Assembly (NCBI RefSeq): GCF_001194135.2
Contig: NC_068982.1
Span: forward strand, 29,604,311-29,663,848
Origin: Octopus bimaculoides
Taxonomy: Eukaryota
Reading direction: 5' to 3'
Length of the DNA: 59,538 bases
Shown: positions 26,416 to 38,823 of the stretch, one piece after another
How the letters are laid out: the number at the start of each line of letters is the position of its first letter
How positions within the stretch are numbered: the first letter of the stretch is position 1
Notes under the pieces: model-generated
What the model saw: only the letters and a program-made list of their open reading frames with translations
What the model was told of the DNA's origin: nothing
Databases searched by the model: none
Program-made: the position numbers and the translations under genes

Positions 26416-26590
26416 TGATTGACCGTTGACTGAACACTATTCAATTTTTTTTCTCCGTGTTTTTCTCCTTGTCTCCGTATTCTTTCTGTTGAAGAGCGTA
26501 GCTCGAAACGTCAAAGACTTTCCGTATTCCCGAGCGTCATACTAATATATACTTTTGTTATTTACACCACCTGTCCTCGTCTTTTGTTAT
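26416..26590 (+). mobile_element. Penelope-like terminal-repeat (pLTR) fragment
   Basis: Contains the hammerhead at 26481-26517 followed by a T-rich tail. A distant relative lies on the minus strand at ~29937-30030. Confidence 0.55.
26481..26517 (+). ncRNA. Minimal type I hammerhead ribozyme (variant core)
   Basis: TCTTT-CTGTTGA-A-GAGC-gta-GCTC-GAAA-CGTC^AAAGA: 5-bp stem I, 4-bp stem II, GAAA, palindromic ACGT helix III, GUC triplet; predicted cut after 26512. Confidence 0.6.
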
Positions 26591-26714
26591 TGAGTGTGTG
26601 TATATGAGTGTGTGTGTGTGTATGTGTGTGGGTGTGTGTGTGTGTATGTGTGTGAGTGTGTGTGTGTAGTGCATGTGTGTGGGTGTGTGTGTGTTAGTGT
26701 GCCCGTGTGTGTGT

Positions 26715-26930
26715 CTTTATGTCTCTGTTTGTCCCCCACCACTGCTTGACGACTGGTGTTGGTTTGTTTATGTCTATATAACTTAATGGTACAGCAAAAA
26801 GAAACCAATAGCAAAAGTACCAGGCTTAAAAACAAAAAATTACGAGGGTTGATTCATTCCACTAAAATATTTAAGGTGGTACCCCAGCATGGCTGCAGTG
26901 AAATGAGGGAAACAAGTAAAAGATGAAAGA
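26715..26930 (+). mobile_element. Family B SINE 3' half, sense orientation
   Basis: tgtttgtcccccaccactgcttgac...ggtggtaccccagcatggctgcagtgaaatgagggaaacaagtaaaag; preceded by its (TG)n segment. Confidence 0.8.
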
Positions 26931-27764
26931 TTGTGGAAGTGTGAAAAAAGATTTACAGGCGAGGAGATAAAATGTTACGATAATCATGTAATTTTGTGGT
27001 TATGATTAGTATAACAATAATGATATACAGCCATTAGTTCAACACCTTACATCCCTTGACACTTTACTTTCATATACTACCTTGTTATAGCTTATATTTT
27101 CATTTTTTCCCTTCACCTGTTAATGTCAGCCTGCACTGCAGCAATATTTTTGTTTACTCCACAAATATACAAACCAAAACCAGCCTGATCTAAGCAACAT
27201 TATCAGAATATAGTTTTCTATGGATGACATGCAAATATACAGAAGTTAACGACTTCACTTGATCAATGTTTGTGCTATGTTCCTATTGATTGGACATCTT
27301 ACTAAGTTTCTAACACATAGACATAAAATTAATGGTAGACTTCTCTTTTTCTTTTTTCTTTTTTCTTTTTGTCTTTTGCAAAGATATCAATCCAACATTT
27401 ATATGATCACTCAACCTGTGAGATGTAGGAGAAAAATCTCACACAAATTCTATTTCAAAAGGAAGGAGAGAAAAATCTCATTCAAATCCTACTCAGTAAG
27501 GAAGGACAAATCTAATTAATATAGTCTCTTTGGTTTATTATATCTAGTAAAAAAAAAAACAGAAAGAAAAATGAGATGACCATTGTTGGAGAAGCTTTAA
27601 TCATAAGCCTCCTTAACCACGGCTGACCTAAGGCTAAGCAAAACTAGGAATAACTAAAATATATACTTGAAATAAGAAAATGTGCTTAAAAACTACTCTT
27701 CAGTCACTGTAAATCTTAATTTGTTTTATTTTCTCTCAAGAAGTGCTATGCTCAAGTGTTGTGC

Positions 27765-28000
27765 AAGGTGCAAGCATGATTGTGCAGTAACGAAGCTTGT
27801 TTCTCAGCCACATGGTTCTAAGTTCAGTCCCATCGCATGGAATCTCGGGCAAGTGTCTTCTGCTATAACCTTGGGGTCAATCAAAGCCTTATGAGTAAAT
27901 TTGGTTGATGAAAACCGAAAGAAGATATTGTATCTGTATTTTCAGGTATACATGTGTATGTGAGTGTGTGTGTGTTTGTGTCTCCTTGTCTTGGCATTGC
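27765..28000 (+). mobile_element. Family B SINE 5' half, sense orientation
   Basis: catggttctaagttcagtccc (box B region), ctcgggcaagtgtcttct (CORE-like), then (TG)n. Confidence 0.75.
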
Positions 28001-28342
28001 GAGATAGGTGTGTGTGTCACTATTAAACAAGCAGTGCCACTCATTTCCAATACTCAGCGAGAACATGTCTGGCTGTGGGAAAATATTACCTTACATGAAA
28101 ACAAGTGAGGATTAGTGACAGGAAGGGCATCCAGCTGTGGAAAATCTGCCTCAAATATACTCCATCCAACCCATGTAAACATTAGAAAGTGAAGATTAAA
28201 CCAACAACGGTGATGAACATCATATCATAATAAATATAATGAAATTTTAAATTATTTTATTATTTCTGCTGTTTAAAAGCCTGTTCTCTATTTTGAAAGG
28301 AAATTAATTCTTTTAAAATATATACATTTCTTTTGTTTTCAG

Positions 28343-28392
28343 ATTAGCAGGATGCTACCATCTTATGATCTCAAGATGTTGCTGACTAAATG
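28343..28392 (+). CDS. Candidate 50-nt exon (ISRMLPSYDLKMLLTKW), unidentified
   Basis: Strong acceptor catttcttttgttttcAG, donor TG|GTAACC, only one open frame (phase 0 to 2). Confidence 0.4.
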
Positions 28393-28699
28393 GTAACCAA
28401 GATATCGTTCAAATTTATTTTATCAAATTCAAATGATATGAGATTAACTTGACCTTGGAAGGATTTGAACTCAGAATGTAGAATTACTGAAGTAAATACC
28501 ACCATGAACCATTTAATCTTATGCAATGATGCTTCTCCATTTCCAGAATTTCTTTTTGAAGCAAAAATAATAAAATGACAAAATGAGATAAGGAAATAGA
28601 GAAATACCATTTACTTAGTAGATGTGAGTCACATAATCTTTTAAAATCAAGAACAGAAAACAACAACCACCTTTATAATTCCAGTGGTATTTAAAATGT

Positions 28700-28734
28700 A
28701 CATGTGTGTGTGTGTGTATGTATGTACATATATG

Positions 28735-28832
<98 letters not shown>

Positions 28833-28924
28833 CACATATATGTATGTATACACACACACAGACACATACATATATATACATTCACATATATGTATGTATG
28901 CATGCATATATGTGTATGTGTATA

Positions 28925-28970
<46 letters not shown>

Positions 28971-29033
28971 CACACACATATACACACTCACATACATACA
29001 TACACTCATATGTGTGTATATCTATATCTATCG

Positions 29034-29099
<66 letters not shown>

Positions 29100-29130
29100 A
29101 TATATATATATATATATATANNNNNNNNNN

Positions 29131-29164
<34 letters not shown>

Positions 29165-29300
29165 CATACATACATACATACATGGATACATACATATAAT
29201 TATGTGTATGAGTGTGTGAGTATGTGTCCATGCATGCACATGCACATGCATGTGTGTGTGTGTGTGTGTGCGTGTTTGCCTGTATGTATCTGTGTATACA
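28700..29300. repeat. Compound microsatellite field (TC)n/(TA)n/(TCTA)n/(TG)n
   Basis: Read directly; includes a 10-N gap. Confidence 0.95.
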
Positions 29301-30188
29301 CACAAATGCTCACACAAAGGGATAAGAATAGCTTGTGATAGATGCATAATACATTGTGACTCTATACTTAGAAAATATAGTTTTAAAATAAATAAAAACG
29401 TTTCCATTCCTTTAGTTGTATTTTTATATCTTAGTCAGATTAGGAATAATAACAGACCCTATGACCTTTTGACCTTTTGCAGAGCCTCTAAGGTGGGATG
29501 ATGGGACGAAATAACCTTGGATCAAATCCTTGCAACAGAGTTTACCTTTAAATAAAAGCACTTGAGAGCATGATGGTGGTGATATAAAAGCAGCGTGATG
29601 AATCAAATTATATACGCATAACTATACAAGCATTTATGCATAAAACACAAACACACATATGTTTATGTATGTATGTATGTATGTATATAAAGTACACATT
29701 AAGTACTTCACCAATGAGTGAAAAATATGTAAACACACGAGAGAAAAGTACAGGACGAAATACCAAAAGAAGGTAACTTGCTCATCAGTTGTTGACTATT
29801 GATTAATACCTACCTGTTTTGTGCTCTTAACAACAAGATAGTAATACTTCATAAGACAGCAGCATCCAGCAATTTTAAAAATATGAAATTTGAAGAGAGT
29901 TAAGGCTTCGAATGAACATATAACAACAGAGTGAACTTACAGAGTAAACAATCGACGAAGACAAACATTAGCAGGTGTTAGGTCAAGACGAATTGTTATG
30001 GGTAATGCCTGGGAGAAATTTTGAAAGGGTATAGAATGAATAGAAGAGAAGAAAAAGAGTCGAGAGGTGAGAGAAGAGGAAAGTGATGTCCAACTAGTTG
30101 GACATGTATACACACACACACATATTAGGTTAGATGAGTGCTGATGAAGAGGCAAAAACCCCTGAAATATGGAATATATACAAACTGT

Positions 30189-30264
30189 GAACCGCTAAGT
30201 TATGGGAACGTAAACACACCAACATCGGTTGTCAAGCGATGGTGGGGGGACAAACACAGACACA

Positions 30265-30302
<38 letters not shown>

Positions 30303-30465
30303 CGACGGGCTTCTTTCAGTTTCTGTCTACCAAATCCACTCACAAGGCTTTGGTCGGTCCGAGACTATAGTTGAAGACTCTTGCCAAGGTGCCACGCAGA
30401 GGGACTGAACCTGGAACCATGTGATTGGTAAGCAAGCTACTTACCACACAGCTACTCCTGCACCT
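30189..30465 (-). mobile_element. Family B SINE, young-looking (CpG-retaining) copy
   Basis: aaccgctaagttatgggaacgtaaacacacc...(CA)n...tacgacgggcttctttcagtttc...aagcaagctacttaccacacagc. Confidence 0.9.
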
Positions 30466-30878
30466 ATATCACCAAATATTACAATATCTGTTTCAACATA
30501 TGATATCACATCAGAAATCTTGCAAAAAAAAATACATAATCATAGGTTTTTTTGCAAACAACTTGCAGATGCAAGTGCTACCGGTCGAAAGCTCCACATA
30601 CTGGATGCTAGCATATTTATGAGGTCATCGGGAGAAGATGCAGGCCATTTCAGGACCTACTTCTAAATGGTATCATTGCACAACGGCCCCACTCGAAATG
30701 AAGCTCTGCTTGCTAGATCAACTGGTTATCAGGTTTTGTTCAGTATTCTTCTATCCATTGCCCATTGTCTCTTTTTAACCCAATCCACTGGCTTGCCTTT
30801 TCCACTGTGGTTTGGATATTGCTCGTGGTAGTATTTGCTTTATGATGAGTTAGGCCTAATGATAAACAACAGTTGTTT

Positions 30879-30932
<54 letters not shown>

Positions 30933-31253
30933 AACACACACACACATATATATACAAATGTATATACATTTATAAATACACACACACACACACACACACA
31001 CTTTTACTCATTTGAGTCATTGGACTGTGGCAATGCTGGGGCACTCCTTGAAAGTTTTAAGTGACCTGAATGAACCCCAGTACTTATTGTTAAGTACTAG
31101 TACTTAGTCTATCAGCCTATTTTGCTACCCCACTAAGTTACAAGGATACCAGCAAGCAGAGGCAGGGGACAAACACAAAGACACGCAGAACTATACACAC
31201 ACACACACACATATACATATAAAAAAAAAAATCCCAAATTTTATTTAATTTGC

Positions 31254-31480
31254 TTTGCAGGAAGGACTGTTTCAACGAAGTCGCATATTGTCCTTGCCTT
31301 CGAAATGTGGAGTAGATGAAACAGGGACAACTGACGAAGGGTTATACTCTTTATGTCGTATGTCTTGTTTCTCTGTTTGTTTTTTTTGTTGTTCGAAAAA
31401 ATGTTTGTTTTCTATGTTTTCGTTTCTCATTGTGTTTAACGTTTTTTTGATGTCCTGTACCCATATATGCATGTATATAA
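31254..31480 (+). mobile_element. Penelope-like terminal fragment with hammerhead half-cores
   Basis: cttCGAAAtgtggagt...gacaaCTGACGAaggg followed by a T-rich tail ending tgtcctgtaccc; aligns with 40735-40855. Confidence 0.4.
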
Positions 31481-31759
31481 ACATATATATGTAGGTATGT
31501 ACATATATGTATAGATATATGCATATATTTATATATTATTTATATTATTATATATATATACATACACAACAGGCTTCTTTCAGTTTCCATCCACCAAATC
31601 CACTCACAAGACTTTAGTCAGTGCAGAGCTATAGTAGAAAATACTTGGCTAAGGTATATATATTAAAGGGTAGAAACTAGTTTTTGCAATTTCCAATTGG
31701 AGGTGCAAAAGCATTAAATCTATGCCTCCTCATCACACATGCAAATTTTGGTCTGTAAC

Positions 31760-33540
31760 TACTGAAACATTTTAGGAAGAAATCAGTAGAGCCTCATTCA
31801 CTTGACAGTCTTATTATCAGTCCCTCAGTCTCTCCATAGAGACACAAGGAGTAGGAGGAAGAATCCATGGCAGAATATGTCTTGTGTCGGCTCCTTACAA
31901 ATAATAAATCAGTATTACTTTCTAGATGCCTATCCAATTTCTTTATATTAAAAACCCCTATGCATTCTATGTCCAGTAATAAATTCTATAGTAATCTGGA
32001 TCTGAAAGCTGCACACAATCATATTCCACTCCAAGTTCACAATGAGAGATATACCGCATTTAAAGCTTATGGACATTTATTCCAGTTTACAAGATTACAT
32101 TTTAGCTTGACTAATGCTCTAAGTATCTTCCAAGGAGTGATGGATGACATAATTACCGACAATAATATCAAAGGAGTTTAGGCCGACTTCAACGATGTTA
32201 TTGTCGTTGGCAAAACTATTAAGGATCATAATAAGAACTTGGCTAAATTTATTCCAGTTATTAAAAGACTCAACATTGCATTGAACAATGATAAATGTTT
32301 TCTCCACCAAACATCCATTTGTAACCTAGGATACAAAATAGAAAATAATTCTCTGTAACCTGGCCTGGAATGATTGAAACCCCTTGTGATTGATTACTTA
32401 ATGCCTTGCAATGCTTAAACAGCTATGACTATAGGTTTGTTTGGTTACTAAACTAAATGAGCATTTCCATTCCTGGAATGAATTCAATCTTTACTAAATT
32501 CTACATTTCTGTTGCAAAAAAGACACCTAGATGCTATTCACCTGTTTAAAACATCAATAATTAATGCCTCTTTCTCACCTGTTCTTATCTAAAGTTTCAT
32601 TACTTGTAGAAACTGATGCTTCTGGAACAACAATTTCAGGTGTCCTTTTGCAGCATAATAAACCTGTCATCTTCTCTGGAACTCTTTCTCAGCCAGAACA
32701 AAATCTCTTATTAATTGAAAAGAAGGATATGGCTATCATAGGAAGAATGAGAAAATGGTGAGCTATTTTATTTTGATGCTATTTTCCATTACATACAAAA
32801 TGAAGGATAACATTTTTCATTGGCAGGTAGAATTATTACCCTGCAATTATGACACCTAATACATGCTTAGCAAAGATAATACAACCACAGTTGCCCTTAC
32901 CAGTGTTCCATAACAACACTGCCTCAAATCAAAGATTCCCATATTTTTCAGTCACTTAGGTAGCAGTTTGGGTGTTATACCAAGTATCATTACTCAAATT
33001 AAAACAACACCATCTTACTGGAAACAATCATATAGATTGCCTACTTATTTAAGAAAGATGCCAGAAATATGACAAAGGAATTAGGGATAGCTCTCCATGC
33101 ATTTAACTATCTCCTTTACAATATGACCATCCTTATATCTGATGAAAAGCTGTATATCACTTGTCAGTGGAACAGTCTTTACCAGGATATCTATTTGAAC
33201 CTGAAGAAGTTTTACCTAAACGTTTGAACCCTTATAGTAAATATGAGCCAAAGGCAGGTCACATCAAACAGACTGTTGCTACATTTTTATCTCTATGCTC
33301 TCAGCAAATTCACAGATGTCTAATCTGATGCTGTCTCAAATGATCTGAAAGCCCATAGTCTACTAGATACCAGTCAAACTCTGGTGCTACCAAAGAGAAT
33401 TGCATTGTTGATATGCTGAAGATTGCATTGCATTGTTAACATGCTGAAGATTGCTACCAAAATAAGCTCTAAGTTTGGAGAGGACTGTTCTGTTAGTGAT
33501 TGCCACAGAAACATGTTGAGAAGTCATGTGTGTGTAACAG
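31760..33540 (+). mobile_element. Ty3/Gypsy LTR-retrotransposon pol relic (RT-RNase H-integrase region)
   Basis: INQYYFLDAYP, LDLKAAHNHIPL...YTAFKAYGHLFQFTRLHFSLTNALSIFQGVMD, DFNDVIVVG (YxDD position), LNNDKC, LLVETDASGTTISGVLLQ...LS..EQ...IEK. Possible PPT ggagagga then a TGT...ACA remnant at 33486-33539. Confidence 0.85.
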
Positions 33541-33799
33541 CAACCCAGTATTAATCCAGTTACAAAAAAAAAGTTGCAACTCTACCCCTTTGACATTAAA
33601 AGTATCCACCTGTAGAAAATCTGCATTAATGATTTCTGCCCGACCCATGCAAGCATGGAAAAGTGGACATTAAATGATGAAGATTATATATACACATATA
33701 TACATACCTATGCGGACATATATGTATATATGTACATATATCACTCACTCGTACACACACACACACACATGGACACACAGACAGACAGACACACTCACA

Positions 33800-33848
<49 letters not shown>

Positions 33849-34964
33849 TACAAACAAAATATGCATGTATATGTTTACACCAAAAAGAGTTATACACTCT
33901 TTTGAAAAATATATATCAAACAGGTAAATGCAAACAATATCTAATTTATGGTTGAATGCTTGTTTTAGTCATCTGTTTTATAATGTACAGAAATAAATTT
34001 ATGTTAATGCTTGAGTTTGCAAAACCATTCAACCTCTGACAATATTTTGGAGGGAAAAAGAAAAATGACAGCAAGCATACAGAGGACATCTGCTCAGACA
34101 CACACATATAGACAAGTTAATATGCACATGCATGCAAGTGCACACAAGCACACCCTTATGTACACACAGACACACACGCATACACACACACACAGAGACG
34201 CACGCACACACACCATCAAATATTTGAGAATATGTACATTAAATAACAAGAGAAATGTGAATGCAATAAAGAAGGTGAGACAAAAAGGTAGATAAATTGA
34301 TAGGTGAATGTATAAATATGAAATGTTTATATACATATATATATTGATAGATAGATAGATAGATAGGTAGAGAGAGAGAGAAAGAGTGTGAAAGAGAGAA
34401 AGAGACAAAGAGAAAGAGATCAAAATCATAAACAATATTGATTTGTAGCATTAGCACAAGGCCACAGATTTTTTTCAGAGGCAACAATTGATTAAGTGGA
34501 TCCTGCCCATTTAGTGTTTAGCAGCAATTCATTTCAACTCTTTCACACTAACAACAAAATGAATAAAGATATAAAACTCAAATTTGACCCTACACTACCC
34601 ATCACCATTTTAGGCGTTGGAAACTAAGCTATCACATATTACTCAATTCAAGTGTTAATTAGGGCTTAATTGTCATCATAAACAAATAATTAAACAAGAA
34701 TGGTTGTGTACAGTCACACATCATTATAGAAATGTTAAAGAAATCTCCCTCAAATCATATTTCACAGTCTTCAGAAATGGTCTACATGTATATACGTTTG
34801 TAGACACACCACACACACATCTCCAATCATAGAAACCAATGCCTCAACAGGCAGCTGGAGTCTGGACAGCTCCCTGCTAGCCATCTCAATGTCAAACCGT
34901 CCAACCCATACCAGCATAGAAAGCAAACATTAAACAATGATGATGATGATGATGAAATATATAT

Positions 34965-35235
34965 AAGCGCACATGACTTAATGGTTAAGGTGTTGCACTC
35001 ACGATTGTGGTTTCAATTCCCAGACCGGGCAATGCATTGTGTTCTTAAGGAAAATACTTCATTTCAGTTCGCTCTGCAATTGCTTTGACATCCAACATGT
35101 GGCACTCCCATACACCTGACAGGTAATGTCAATTTGATGGAGAGGAGTGAGCTAATGTGTAGCACCAATATGTGATCACTGCAAACAAATCATCTCCGCT
35201 GGTTGTTCAGCAAGAAGTTGTAGACCCTTAGTCTG
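34965..35235 (+). mobile_element. Family D tRNA-CORE SINE, diverged
   Basis: gcacatgacttaatggttaaggtg...ggtttcaattcccagaccggg (boxes A/B), tgtgttcttaaggaaaatacttcattt (CORE-like). Confidence 0.6.
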
Positions 35236-35249
35236 TTGTTTAGACCACC

Positions 35250-35890
35250 AAGACTTATTCTTTGTAAGCCTAGTACTTATTCTATTTAGGTAGTGGGTAG
35301 CAATTTTCTTCACTACTTCAGGGAGTGACGACTCTGCCTGACATGAGTCCCGGGCTCGGCTGGCTCGAGCTGACAGTACCAGGTATGGGTCCCTATCCAG
35401 GGTTACAGAAAGGAGACAGCCTTCAAAGAAATCTGGAGTGGAGGCCCGTAGGCGGTTTAGTGTTCGATTCGACACTCTTCTGGCAGCTCCTGAAACCAAT
35501 CTGGTGCCAAACGTAATGCTCTGCACTCCTTTGGACTATGTCAGCAAGGTCGAGAGAGGAATCCTGACGATTGGGCTACCCAGGATTTTCTTACATCTAG
35601 CCCAGGCCTGCGCAAAACTGGAGAGGAAACTGGAGAGGACATGAAATGTAAAAACCAGGCTGGATTAGTTTGTGCGCAACTCCATTGTCTCCCGAGACAA
35701 AAGGATGCCAACAACTTATTCTATCGGTCTCTTTGAGTGAACTGTTAAGTTTCAGGGACTTAAATACATCGACATCGGTCGTCAAGCAATGGCTGGGTGG
35801 AGGGAAGACACTTGCCCAAGGTGTCACACAGTGGGACTGAACCTTGAACCATGTGGTTGGAAAGCAAGCTTCTTACCTCACAGCCACCTA
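35250..35890 (-). mobile_element. Family B SINE split by a 428-bp insertion
   Basis: gacttattctttgtaagcctagtacttattctat [insert] acttattctatcggtctc...gaagacacttgcccaaggtg...cttacctcacagccacc. Confidence 0.85.
35286..35713 (+). mobile_element. GC-rich 428-bp retro-insertion with exact 11-bp TSD (RTE-derived-like)
   Basis: acttattctat at 35275-35285 and 35714-35724; no TIRs; ends ggatgccaaca. RTE affinity is an inference. Confidence 0.7.
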
Positions 35891-36669
35891 TATATATCAT
35901 ATAGAGGGAAGCACATTTCATAATGTAGTCCTAGATACATCTGGATAGCATATCTTTATTGAAACAGCATAAAATATATATGCAATGGCCATGGCTAGAA
36001 TGCCTTTGATTGTAGGTGTCCTCAGTAAGGGTTAATCTGGTGCTAAACAACAACAGTAGCGACAATAATGATAATAACAACAAAAACACCAATAAAAATA
36101 TTAGAGAACTTTGGAGAAGGTATACCACCAAAATTTGCTAGAAACAACAGCAACACAACACAACAATTACATTTGACCTATATTTTGGTCACACAGTTAC
36201 GTATTTCTATCTAGATCCTTTTATATCACAGCTGACATATTTATTTTCCAATAAAGACCTTGAGACTTAAAGCATTGTTGTGTTTCTCTCTAACCTCCAT
36301 TGCCTTCCTTCATTCACAGCTGTTGCATATTGAAAAATGATTCATGCTTTTGTCCTTGTCATTATTATTGTTGCTGTTGTTGTTGTTGTTATTGTTGTTA
36401 ACGTTAATGATGGTGTTGTTGTTACCTTGATGTGGTTGGCGGTGAATGAAGTAATGGTTATGAAGTCAGTCAAATGGAAGTTTTTCCCTATTTTTATATT
36501 GTTTGTTTATTCTATAGTAAGTTTTTGAAATGATATTCTGAAATCATCATAATCGACATCATCATCATCATTATCATCTGTACATCAGCTTTTTTTTCCT
36601 GTTGACATGAATTTTGTTGTTATTTTAAGCAAAATCTTTGTTGTTTTTTTTCGTGTTCAATACAGTTTT

Positions 36670-37212
36670 GGCAAGCTGGCAAAATTGTTAGCATGATGGG
36701 TGAAATGCCTAATGGTATTTCATCTGCCATTACATCGAGTGTTCAAATTCCGCCAAGGTTGACTTTGCCTTTCATCCTTTTGGGGGGTCAATTAAATAAG
36801 TACCAGTTACGCACTGGCGTTGATGTAATCGACTTAAACCCTTTGTCTGTCCTTGTTTGTCCCTCTGTGTGTAGCCCCCTGTGGGCAATAAAGAAATACA
36901 GTTTTCAATACAGCTTCTTTCACAACTCGTTATTCTTCCTATCAAAGCAGTGAGCTGGCTGAATCGTTAGCATGCTGGATGAAATGCTTAGCATGCACCA
37001 GCATGACCGCAGCCACTTGGCTGAAACACATAAATAAATAAATAAATAAATAAATAGTTATGTTCTGAGTTCAAATTCCACTGAGGCTGACTTTGCCTTT
37101 CATCCTTTCGGGGTCAATAAATTAAGTACTAGTCAAGTAGTGGGGTCGATGTAATCGACTAGTCCCCTCTGCAGAAATTCAAGGCCTTGTGCCTATAGTA
37201 GAAAGGGTTATT
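36670..37212 (+). mobile_element. Two head-to-tail family C SINEs
   Basis: Both contain ttcaaattcc.c..agg..gactttgcctttcatccttt.ggggtcaat..aagtac. The first ends gtagccccctgtgggcaataaagaaata, the second ggccttgtgcctatagtagaaaggg. Confidence 0.9.
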
Positions 37213-38204
37213 CTTTCTATCATTACTTATTCTACTTCGGATTTTGTCACTCTTATGCCAATAACACTTCAGTTCACTGCTCCTTAACTTCCCACAGACA
37301 AGCATCAACCCCTTCCAACACAGCTATACTTCACACCAAACCCAAGCTGAGTCCTGAGATAAGATGATTTAAAAACCATTTTCAAATGTGGAGGTAGCGA
37401 TTTGGGTGATGATGGTCGTGATAACGATGGTGGTTGGGTGTACAATCATAGTAATCTTGTCTCCTTGTTTTGTCACACCCAAATCTGTGTTAATCCGTTC
37501 CTGTTTGCTACCCCACTCACATCATGCTAATAATTCTGTCTAAGCTGCCTCCACCTCTTCTCTGGGATACGATCATCTTTTTCCCTGTACTCATCAAATT
37601 ATTATTATTCAAAAATGTTAACAGTATTGATTTCACACATTCTTTGAAGACAGGGTGGAGACAGGACCAACAAAGGACATTGGCATAGTCTTCTTCTTGC
37701 AAACCAATTCTTCCTCCTCTTCCTCCCTATCATCATCATCGTCGTCATCATCATTTAATGCCTACTTTTCCATGCTAGCATGAGTCAGAGAGAATTTGTT
37801 GAGGCAGACTTTCTATGGCTGGATGCCCTTCCTGTTGCCATCCCTCATCTGTTTCCAAGCAAGGTGATATTTCCCTATGACCAGGCATGTTTTCACGAAA
37901 GACTGGAAATGAAGGACACCTCTTGCATAATGGTGACACTCCTTTACATCTATCATAAAATCACACACACACACAAAAACACACACACACAAGACAAGTT
38001 TCTTTCAGTTCTCATCAGCCAAATCTACTCGCATGGCTTTGGTTGGGTCAAGGCTACAATGGAAGACACTTGCCCTGGAATGCTTTGCAGCATTTCATTG
38101 GTCTTTATCTTCCAAGTTCAAATGCCTTTCATCCTTTTGGAGTCGATGAAATAAAAGGTGAAAGAGAGAGAGGAAGAGAGAGAGAGAGGGAGAGAGAGAG
38201 AGAG

Positions 38205-38365
38205 CTGCACCAGCACCTGTAGTCATTTACTGTGGCTGAGCAGACTGGAACAGTATAAAATGAAGTGTCTTGTTCAAGGACACAGTTCACTACTCATCCA
38301 GGAATTGAACCCATGATCTTATGATCACGCACCAAACACCTTGACCACTAGGCTACATGCCTTTT
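38205..38365 (-). mobile_element. Family D tRNA-CORE SINE 5' part
   Basis: gactggaacag...gtgtcttgttcaaggacaca...ggaattgaacccatga...gaccactaggcta (reverse-complemented CORE plus boxes B and A). Confidence 0.7.
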
Positions 38366-38823
38366 CTAATAGTAGGCGACAAATATTATCACTATGGGGA
38401 CTTTTAAAATTAAATCTAGACAGGTTCATAAAACACAGAAGATGTGTTGGTGTGATTGTTGATAGAGAAACAACAAATGTTTTATGACATTGTTGTTATA
38501 CATGAGAACCACCATATTGCCTGAAAGGAATTCAAACCTTAGGTTACATCTCTTAAGAATGAGGGGGAGGGCAATTATAGAATCAATAATGGTGGAGCAC
38601 TAACCTAAATTTCTAAAACACACTCATTCTACTTTAAACAGCTGTAGTAAATAAAGACAGCTATCAATACCATACAAAAATCTACATCGCTTCTGTCCAA
38701 CAAAAAACAAACAAAAACATGTACTTTATGTCTGAAGTTTGCGGACCTGATGAAAACAAACATTATGTCTATTGCTACTTCTGAGCAGTCAAATAATGAT
38801 AGCATGATAAACAAATGGTATAC

